Positions 25,549 through 32,000 of a DNA stretch of 32,000 bases are shown here, in pieces. Position 1 is the first letter of the stretch, and each line of letters opens with the position of its first letter. Made by a program: the position numbers and the translations under genes. Origin of the DNA: Erysipelothrix inopinata (GTDB taxonomy: Bacteria > Bacillota_I > Bacilli_A > Erysipelotrichales > Erysipelotrichaceae); contig NZ_CP060715.1 of assembly GCF_014396165.1 (NCBI RefSeq), positions 120,001-152,000 on the forward strand, in the 5' to 3' direction. The notes under the pieces are model-generated. The model saw only the letters and a program-made list of their open reading frames with translations. It did no database searches and had not been told where the DNA came from.

Positions 25549-27703
25549 TGATCATTGAGAGTTGAATGCGTTCTTTCTTCAAATCCGCTTCCATTACCCA
25601 AACAGTTACGATATCCCCAACTGAGACAACATCTGTTGGATGTTTAACAAACTGTTTGCTTAACTTAGAAATATGTACGAGTCCATCTTGTTTTACACCG
25701 ATATCTACAAAGGCACCGAAATCCACAACATTACGTACCGTTCCTTGCAATTCCATACCTGGTTTTAAATCTTCCATCGTAAGAACATCCGAACGAAGAA
25801 GTGGTTGTTCCATGTCTTCACGCATATCTCTACCTGGTGCTAATAGCGCATCCAGAATATCTTTCAATGTTTCTTTACCGACTTCGTATTGAGTACTTAA
25901 TTCATTGAGAGAAAGGCCTCGTAGTGTTTCATTGGTACTTTCACTTCCTAATGTGTTCACATCAATACCATGATCTTTTAATAGTTTTTTAGTCATTGCA
26001 TAACTTTCGGGGTGAATTCCGGTACTATCAAGAATGTTTTCCCCACGAGGAATTCTCATAAATCCAATAGCTTGTTCATACGATTTAGGTCCCAGTCTTG
26101 GAACTTTTTTAAGTTGTTCACGTTTGGTAAAGGAACCGAGTGATTCACGTTCCGTTACAATATTTTGTGCTGTAGTTTTAGTAATCCCGGCAACACGTTC
26201 CAAGAGTTGCGGGCTTGCAGTATTAACATCTACCCCAACCTTGTTAACGGCAGTTTCAACTACAAAGTTCAATTGTTCTTTTAGTTCTTTTTGAGCAACA
26301 TCATGTTGGTATTGTCCTACTCCTACTGATTGTGGATCAATCTTTACAAGTTCCGCTAACGGATCTTGCAAACGACGGGCAATACTTACAGCAGATCTTT
26401 GTTCAACTTGCAAATCCGGGAATTCATTTCGCGCTGTTTCACTTGCAGAGTATACAGATGCTCCTGCTTCATTAACAATGACAAAGTGAACGGGTAATCC
26501 CGCATTTTTAATTTGGTTTGCTACAAAGACCTCAGATTCACGGCTTGCTGTTCCATTACCAATTGCTACCATGTTGACATTAAACTTCTTCACAATATTA
26601 TTGAAGCGAACACCCGCTTCTTCACGTTTGGCACGTGGTGCTGGCTCGTGTGGGTAAATAACATCAATATGAAGTACACGTCCCGTTTCATCAACAACAG
26701 CCAATTTACATCCAGTACGGTATGCCGGATCAAATCCCAAGACTGTTTTTCCTTTTAAAGGGGCTTGAAGTAACAGATTATTCAGGTTCTCCCCAAAGAT
26801 ATGAATCGCTTGTTGATCCGCTTTTTCAGTTAGCTCATTACGAAGTTCCCGTTCAATGGCAGGTTTAATAAATCGTTTATAACTGTCCTCATACGCTGCG
26901 ACCACGATGGGTGTACATGGAGAATCTTGTTTCTTGCCTACAATTTTATGATTGAAAAAACTTAGAATGTGCGTATCATCACATTGAATTTCAACTTTCA
27001 ATACATTTTCTTTCTCAGCACGGTTTAATGCAAGGACACGATGCGATGCAATCTTATCAACAGGGTTACTGAAATCATAGTACATTTCATAGACACGACG
27101 CTCATCCAATGTCTCATCTTTTAGTTTTGAAACTACGTGTCCATTTGAATACGTATATTTACGAACCCATGTTCTAAAGAGTGCATCATCGCCAACACTT
27201 TCAGCAATAATTTCATGAACACCTTCGAGAACTTGTTCACGTGTTTCAAGTTCAAATTCTTCGCTAAGATATTCATCAAGGGTATTTAAATTAAATTCTT
27301 GAGGTAATGATAAAATTTCTAAGGCGAGTGGTTCAAGACCTTTTTCTTTCGCAATCGTTGCCTTGGTACGACGTTTTTGTTTGTAAGGACGATAAATATC
27401 TTCAAGCTGTTGAAGAACAGTCGCTGCCGCAATTTCTTGTGCAAGTTCTTCCGTAAGTTTTCCTTGTTCATCAATAAGACGTACAATTTCTTCTTTTCGC
27501 GTACGTAAGTTTTCGACATATTGGTAACGTTGAGAAATGGTGTTTATTTGCACCTCATCCAAACTTCCGGTCATTTCTTTACGATAACGGGCAATAAATG
27601 GAATGGTATTACCATCTTCTAATAACTGTAATACCGTTTCGATTTGATGTCGTTTAAATTCTTTAAGTTCTACTGTTAATAAATCAATACTTTGCTTTTC
27701 CAT
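25526..27703 (-). CDS. tex: Tex-like transcription accessory protein (YqgF/HhH/S1 domains)
   Basis: N-terminus VLQLLEDGNTIPFIARYRKEMTG, YqgF-like core, and C-terminal S1 domain (GTVRNVVDFGAFVDIG..DGLVHISKL). I chose the start at 27703 (RBS AAAGAGG) over the track's 27754. Confidence 0.92.
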   Translation of the reverse strand: MEKQSIDLLTVELKEFKRHQIETVLQLLEDGNTIPFIARYRKEMTGSLDEVQINTISQRYQYVENLRTRKEEIVRLIDEQGKLTEELAQEIAAATVLQQLEDIYRPYKQKRRTKATIAKEKGLEPLALEILSLPQEFNLNTLDEYLSEEFELETREQVLEGVHEIIAESVGDDALFRTWVRKYTYSNGHVVSKLKDETLDERRVYEMYYDFSNPVDKIASHRVLALNRAEKENVLKVEIQCDDTHILSFFNHKIVGKKQDSPCTPIVVAAYEDSYKRFIKPAIERELRNELTEKADQQAIHIFGENLNNLLLQAPLKGKTVLGFDPAYRTGCKLAVVDETGRVLHIDVIYPHEPAPRAKREEAGVRFNNIVKKFNVNMVAIGNGTASRESEVFVANQIKNAGLPVHFVIVNEAGASVYSASETARNEFPDLQVEQRSAVSIARRLQDPLAELVKIDPQSVGVGQYQHDVAQKELKEQLNFVVETAVNKVGVDVNTASPQLLERVAGITKTTAQNIVTERESLGSFTKREQLKKVPRLGPKSYEQAIGFMRIPRGENILDSTGIHPESYAMTKKLLKDHGIDVNTLGSESTNETLRGLSLNELSTQYEVGKETLKDILDALLAPGRDMREDMEQPLLRSDVLTMEDLKPGMELQGTVRNVVDFGAFVDIGVKQDGLVHISKLSKQFVKHPTDVVSVGDIVTVWVMEADLKKERIQLSMINDAQQAQ

Positions 27704-27723
27704 AACATACCTCTTTCCTATCC

Positions 27724-27732
27724 ATTTTAACA
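27724..27732 (-). promoter_or_regulatory. Extended -10 (TGtTAAAAT) candidate promoter for tex
   Basis: On the minus strand, ATGTTAAAAT lies directly after the terminator T-run. The -35 is poor and the leader would be very short. Confidence 0.35.
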
Positions 27733-27733
27733 T

Positions 27734-27767
27734 AGAAAAAACGTGGATTCTCACGAATCAACACGTT
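27734..27767 (-). terminator. Rho-independent terminator ending the folT-fhs-yiiX-like unit
   Basis: On the minus strand, AACGTG-TT-GATTC-GTGA-GAATC-CACGTT followed by TTTTTTC (11 bp with a 2-nt bulge). It contains the TGA stop at 27760-27758. Confidence 0.7.
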
Positions 27768-28297
27768 TCATACTCTTTCAACAATCCTTCATAAACAGGT
27801 GATAATCCTAGCATCTGGGTAAAATCATAAGGTTTAACTAAAAATGGTGGTGTACTTCCGTCAAGAAGATTGGCATGTTCAAATGTTTCCGCAACAAAGT
27901 GAGAACAATAATAACCATTCTTTCGGGATATTCTCCGTTTAAATAATACACCAATTAACCCTATAAAATTATAGTGATACTTTTCTTCATTTTCTACAAA
28001 GGATGCAACTCTTTCTTTCAAGAGTTGATGGGATGATGCATCAACTTTTGTCTTCAACACAAGACATTGTGTCTTATGAAATTTCTTAAAAGTTCCGCGA
28101 TCAATATTCTCAACAACAAAGCCACCACTAAATGGATTGTTTGGTGTTTTCCTTCCAAAACTATAGAGTTGTTTCAATTCCGGATCAAAGGAAATTGAGA
28201 CATGATTATAAGGTGCTCGAGTAAATACTTTGATTGTTTTTGTCAACAAACTCCCCGTATCACTAAGCACCACATAAACGCTTTTTTCTTGCTTCAC
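27758..28297 (-). CDS. YiiX/YaeF-like permuted papain-fold (NlpC/P60 superfamily, C92) hydrolase
   Basis: 179 aa. GTG start with RBS GAGGGGG at 5-nt spacing. Blocks APYNHVSISF and YYCSHFVAETF resemble the His and Cys motifs of the C92 family (from memory). Confidence 0.55.
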   Translation of the reverse strand: MKQEKSVYVVLSDTGSLLTKTIKVFTRAPYNHVSISFDPELKQLYSFGRKTPNNPFSGGFVVENIDRGTFKKFHKTQCLVLKTKVDASSHQLLKERVASFVENEEKYHYNFIGLIGVLFKRRISRKNGYYCSHFVAETFEHANLLDGSTPPFLVKPYDFTQMLGLSPVYEGLLKEYETC

Positions 28298-28317
28298 ATT
28301 AACCCCCTCAGGTTAGC

Positions 28318-29958
28318 TTATTTTAAACCAATAACTTTATCTGTGTAATCCATATTTTCGGCATTAGGATGTTTGGGTAATCCTGGCATCGTCATGATAT
28401 CTCCCAATAGGACGACCGCAAATCCTGCACCTTGTGACAGTCTCACTGATTTAACATGAATATTAAAATTACGAGGTGTATTTAATTTCTTAGGATCATC
28501 ACTGAATGAATATTGTGTTTTCGCAATACACACAGGTAATCCTTGTGGATTCATCGCTTCAATTGTTTTAATTTGTTCTTGTGCCTCCTCAGAATAACTG
28601 ACACTTTGGGCACGGTATATTTCTTTCGCAATCGTTTCAATAGAAGTTGATAAGGGTTGATTTGAATCATATAAAGGTTTGAAATCATCCGCTACTTCGC
28701 ACATATCGACAACTGCTTGTGCTAAAGCTTCGCCACCTTTTCCACCTTCCATAAAGACATTCGAAAGGACCACTGGACAACCAAGTTCTTCTTCCAACGC
28801 CATTAGCATTGCAATTTCAGATTCAGTATCTGTTGCGAATGCATTAATTGAAATGATGATGTTGTTTTGATACTTCGAAAGATTATCAAAGTGTTGCACT
28901 AAATTTTTAATCCCTTCTTGAAGGGCATCCAGGTTCTCGTATTGAAGCTCTGAGAGTGGTTGACCGCCATGATATTTAAGCGCGCGAATTGTGGCTACTA
29001 AAACCGTTGCATCGGGTTTTAAATTCCCAATACGACATTTAATATCATAGAACTTCTCGGCACCTAAGTCTGCACCAAACCCTGCTTCGGTAATAACATA
29101 ATCTGAAAGGGCAAGCGCCGTCTTGGTTGCAATAATCGAGTTACATCCATGCGCAATATTTGCGAAGGGTCCGCCATGAATAATAGCAGGTGTATTTTCA
29201 TTTGTTTGAACGAGGTTTGGTTTCATTGCATCCTTGAGAAGCAATGTCATCGCCCCTACTGCATTTAAATCATGAGCAGTGATAACTTCCCCTTCAACAT
29301 CATAAGCCACCACAATCGACGCTAAACGGTGTTTAAGGTCGTCCATATCTTCTGCCAGACAGACAATTGCCATAATTTCTGATGCCACGGTAATATCAAA
29401 CGATGTATCATGTTGAATTCGTTTGGAATTAATGGTGAGTGATCGCAAAGCACGATCATTCATATCCATCACACGGTTCCAAACCACACGATTTTGATCG
29501 ATATTCAAGAGATTGCCATGAAAAATATGATTATCAATCATTGCAGCTAATAGATTATGAGCTGAAGTAATAGCATGGAAATCACCCGTAAAATGAAGGT
29601 TAATTTCATCCATTGGCACTACTTGAGCATAACCGCCTCCCGTTGCGCCACCCTTCATACCAAAACAAGGTCCTAATGATGGTTCACGTAAAGCACTGAT
29701 AGCAGGATAACCCAAGCGGTTTAATCCCATTGACAAGCCAATATTAGTCGTAGTCTTTCCCTCACCCGCAGGTGTAGGATTAATAGATGTGACAAGTACT
29801 AGCTTACCTCGCTGTTCTCTTTGACTCACACTTAAATCAATCTTAGCTTTTGTCTTACCATAAACATCGTACAATGTTTCATCCAAACCCAATTGGTTCG
29901 CAATTTCTGCAATCGGTTTTAAAACTGTTTCTTCTGAAATCTCCACATCTGTTTTCAT
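28318..29958 (-). CDS. fhs: Formate--tetrahydrofolate ligase
   Basis: PTPAGEGKTTT P-loop with family-typical sequence throughout. I chose the start at 29958 (MKTDVEI; AAGGAG at 7-nt spacing) over the track's 29964. Confidence 0.95.
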   Translation of the reverse strand: MKTDVEISEETVLKPIAEIANQLGLDETLYDVYGKTKAKIDLSVSQREQRGKLVLVTSINPTPAGEGKTTTNIGLSMGLNRLGYPAISALREPSLGPCFGMKGGATGGGYAQVVPMDEINLHFTGDFHAITSAHNLLAAMIDNHIFHGNLLNIDQNRVVWNRVMDMNDRALRSLTINSKRIQHDTSFDITVASEIMAIVCLAEDMDDLKHRLASIVVAYDVEGEVITAHDLNAVGAMTLLLKDAMKPNLVQTNENTPAIIHGGPFANIAHGCNSIIATKTALALSDYVITEAGFGADLGAEKFYDIKCRIGNLKPDATVLVATIRALKYHGGQPLSELQYENLDALQEGIKNLVQHFDNLSKYQNNIIISINAFATDTESEIAMLMALEEELGCPVVLSNVFMEGGKGGEALAQAVVDMCEVADDFKPLYDSNQPLSTSIETIAKEIYRAQSVSYSEEAQEQIKTIEAMNPQGLPVCIAKTQYSFSDDPKKLNTPRNFNIHVKSVRLSQGAGFAVVLLGDIMTMPGLPKHPNAENMDYTDKVIGLK

Positions 29959-29971
29959 AGACATTCTCCTT

Positions 29972-30460
29972 CTAATCGAGGTTCATTCGTTTGACACTTT
30001 TTAACACTGCATAAATTGTAACTATCTCAATTGGAATCATAATCGCCGTTTTTGCTGCACGAACAGGAACCATTGCTAAAAACCCCTTACCATACATCAT
30101 ATCGAGCCATAGTGTATTAAATCCTAAATTCACAATCAGAGAATTAAACAATACTGCAATTACGATATGCTTTAAAAGATTGTCTTTCCCTTTGAGTTGC
30201 CCATAAGATAACCCAATTAACAAACTTGATATCGTAAAACCCGGAAAATAGGGACCTTGTGGAAAGAGTGTCGCACCGATGATGTCTGCAAGTCCTGCAA
30301 CCACCATACTTGGAAGATACCCATAAAAATACCCACATAGGGCCATTGGAATAAAAGTTACACCTATCTTTAACGTTGGAAGTGGAATTGAAATGAAGCG
30401 CGAAGCCACCACCTCAAGGACTACAAACATCGCAAGATGCACTAATTTTCGTGTATTCAT
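29972..30460 (-). CDS. folT: Folate-family ECF transporter S component
   Basis: About 163 aa with 5-6 TM segments. Start at 30460 with RBS GAAGGAGG at 8-nt spacing. Preceded by a THF riboswitch and followed by fhs. The track's extension to 30523 runs into the riboswitch. Confidence 0.85.
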   Translation of the reverse strand: MNTRKLVHLAMFVVLEVVASRFISIPLPTLKIGVTFIPMALCGYFYGYLPSMVVAGLADIIGATLFPQGPYFPGFTISSLLIGLSYGQLKGKDNLLKHIVIAVLFNSLIVNLGFNTLWLDMMYGKGFLAMVPVRAAKTAIMIPIEIVTIYAVLKSVKRMNLD

Positions 30461-30499
30461 AAAACAAACCTCCTTCTGTTCAAGCATGAAGAAAGTAAT

Positions 30500-30595
30500 A
30501 TTGCAACGGAGGCAATAACACATCGCACACTAAGTTTCGTCTAAAGGCAACTTCCCATCCATCTAGCACTTAACGCGTGTTATCTACTTTGCTTG
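30500..30595 (-). promoter_or_regulatory. THF (tetrahydrofolate) riboswitch aptamer
   Basis: The minus strand reads AGUAGAUAACACGCGUUAAGUGCUAGAUGGAUGGGAAGUUGCCUUUAGACGAAACUUAGUGUGCGAUGUGUUAUUGCCUCCGUUGC. It carries the conserved THF-I blocks AGUAGAU, GCGUUAAGUG, GGAUGGGA and ACGAA. GAUAACAC pairs with GUGUUAU. This matches my memory of the Eubacterium siraeum aptamer. Confidence 0.85.
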
Positions 30596-30666
30596 ATAAC
30601 GACACAATAGCAAGTTTTCAAATTAAAATCAACTTGAAAACATGCTATGATAAGTACGGTGATATT

Positions 30667-31151
30667 ATGAAAGCTAAAAAAACAAACGCAATGCGTATCC
30701 TTGACCAAAAGAAAGTTTCTTACGAAATGCATGAGTATAGTTCTGATGCCATTCATGTTGATGGCATCCATGTTGCAGATCAAATTAATAAGCCCCATGA
30801 ACAAGTCTATAAAACAATTGTATTACAAAATGACAACCAACATTATGTAGCCCTCATCCCTGTTGATGAGCACATTGATTTGAAGAAGGCAGCCAAAGGC
30901 TTCAAAGTCAAACGATTAGAATTACTCCACGTTAAAGAACTCTTTGATCTCACAGGTTATGTACGTGGGGATGCTCACCAATTGGAATGAAGAAAGCCTT
31001 CCCGACGCTCATTGACGATGCAGCACTCAAATTAGACACAATCATTGTCTCAACAGGCAAGATTGGCCAACAAATTGAAATCAATCCTACCGACCTCAAA
31101 TCTGTAACACGAGCAACATTCTGTGATATAACACAAAAATCAGCCGACTAA
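30667..31151 (+). pseudogene. ybaK: Cys-tRNA(Pro)/Cys-tRNA(Cys) deacylase YbaK (EbsC family), interrupted by a -1 frameshift in a G-run
   Basis: Frame 1 (ATG 30667) encodes MKAKKTNAMRILDQKKV..LTGYVRG and then stops at 30988-30990. From 30972, another frame encodes CSPIGMKKAFPTLIDD..IIVSTGKIGQQIEINPTDL..CDITQKSAD and stops at 31149-31151. One extra G in GGGG (30967-30970) would restore GYVRGGCSPIGMKK and a protein of about 161 aa. Confidence 0.8.
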
Positions 31152-31165
31152 GCTGATTTTTTTTC
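31139..31165. terminator. Bidirectional terminator between convergent ybaK and mscS-family genes
   Basis: ATCAGC (31139-31144) pairs with GCTGAT (31152-31157). Followed by T7 on the plus strand and TTTTTG on the minus strand. Confidence 0.7.
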
Positions 31166-31984
31166 GTTTTCATTTAATTCTACCCGCATGGTTTGGTAGG
31201 CAATATCAATACCTTCTTTTTCCAATGCTTTCTTAATACGACGGCGTAACTCCATCTCAATTTCCCACTTCTTACCAACAGCTGTTTTACAACTTACACG
31301 AACGCCATATGAGAATTCATTGTAAGAAGTAATCCCTACTACTTCTAATCGACTGTAAGTAATTCCTGGTTTTGAATAGTTTTTAAATTCATCATTTAAG
31401 ATTTCTAAGACACGATCCACATCAACTTCATACGGAATGGGAATATCAACTACGGCATTCATAAAGTCTTTCGTCTTGTTCTTAACAATCTTTATCTCAC
31501 CATTAGGAATAATGTACAGTTCCCCATCAAGACCATTTCTCAGTTTCGTAGTTCTAAAACTAATCTCTTCAACAGTTCCCGTAACATCTTCAACCGAGAT
31601 AACATCATTCACTTTGAATTGATCCTCTACAAGGATAAAGAAACCCGAAATGAGATCCTTAACAAGTTGTTGAGCACCAAACCCAATCGCGACACTCATT
31701 GCACTCGCAATTGCTAAAAATGGTGTTGTTGAGATTCCTAATATTTCTAATAAGAAACAGAAGGCAATAAAGTAAATAAGAAACTTAAAAGCATTCTTCA
31801 CAATTGGAAACAATGTTTTTTGTTTCTGATCGAGTTCTTTATTTTTAAATATTTTCTTCAACGTCTTGTTTAAGAAACGGACCAGTAGTCGCGTCACTCC
31901 AATTACTATCACAACATATAAGATTTTGAACAGTGCTGTTTGAACACCACTATTCGAGAAGAAATTAATCAGCGTTTGTTTCAT
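31148..31984 (-). CDS. Mechanosensitive ion channel (MscS) family protein
   Basis: 3 TM segments followed by GFGAQQLVKDLISGFFILVEDQFKVNDVI..VTGTVEEISFRTTKLRN..IIPNG. I chose the start at 31984 (GGAGG at 31995-31991, 6-nt spacing) over the track's 31990. Confidence 0.9.
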   Translation of the reverse strand: MKQTLINFFSNSGVQTALFKILYVVIVIGVTRLLVRFLNKTLKKIFKNKELDQKQKTLFPIVKNAFKFLIYFIAFCFLLEILGISTTPFLAIASAMSVAIGFGAQQLVKDLISGFFILVEDQFKVNDVISVEDVTGTVEEISFRTTKLRNGLDGELYIIPNGEIKIVKNKTKDFMNAVVDIPIPYEVDVDRVLEILNDEFKNYSKPGITYSRLEVVGITSYNEFSYGVRVSCKTAVGKKWEIEMELRRRIKKALEKEGIDIAYQTMRVELNENEKKSA

Positions 31985-32000
31985 GATCATCCTCCGATTT

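Noticed and set aside
30461-30523. Track N-terminal extension of folT (MCYCLRCNITFFMLEQKEVCF...). Analogous extensions occur at ybaK 30577-30666, tex 27704-27754, atpA 22211-22225, DUF969 7847-7864, fhs 29959-29964 and mscS 31985-31990.
   Set aside because: The extensions run through the THF riboswitch or through the SD sequence itself. Internal ATGs with well-spaced GGAGG-type RBSs give N-termini typical of each family.
30611-30636. Inverted repeat CAAGTT..AACTTG, overlapping GTTTTCAA..TTGAAAAC, in the folT/ybaK divergent intergenic region
   Set aside because: The arms are short (6-8 bp) and AT-rich, and they overlap candidate -35 elements. This is easily chance in AT-rich promoter DNA. There is no second copy or associated regulator.

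Overview
This is a low-GC Firmicute-type chromosomal segment. The divergent, compact F1Fo genes suggest Erysipelotrichia or a Mollicutes relative, but that is a guess I cannot verify.

The core is mostly housekeeping, largely on the minus strand:
- A complete atpIBEFHAGDC operon, fused by a 4-nt ATGA overlap to the K+ uptake genes ktrB-ktrA.
- A trxA plus CsoR/CstR-family repressor operon.
- A THF-riboswitch-controlled folT-fhs-(YiiX-like) operon.
- tex, a CE4 deacetylase and an MscS-family channel.

On the plus strand:
- A DUF969/DUF979/pcp (pyroglutamyl peptidase) operon.
- A sialate-O-acetylesterase-like gene with a PadR regulator.
- A small CxxC membrane protein.
- A frameshifted ybaK.

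Accessory content:
- A 1466-aa LPXTG-anchored GH85 endo-beta-N-acetylglucosaminidase.
- Two beta-propeller-like surface proteins, one of them frameshifted.
- A degenerate M50-like membrane protein and a DUF349 repeat protein.
- A roughly 1.3-kb AT-rich two-gene islet between tRNA-Leu(UAG) and what looks like that tRNA's original terminator, bounded by imperfect direct repeats.

Most interesting observations:
1. The tRNA-Leu islet and its two orphan ORFs.
2. A shared 19-bp operator-like motif over the -10 boxes of both trxA-cstR and the divergently placed CxxC membrane protein gene. This predicts a small, uncharacterised thiol/persulfide-responsive regulon.
3. The atp-ktrBA operon fusion, together with a partial Na+-site signature in the c subunit.

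I found no CRISPR array, rRNA, transposase or integrase.
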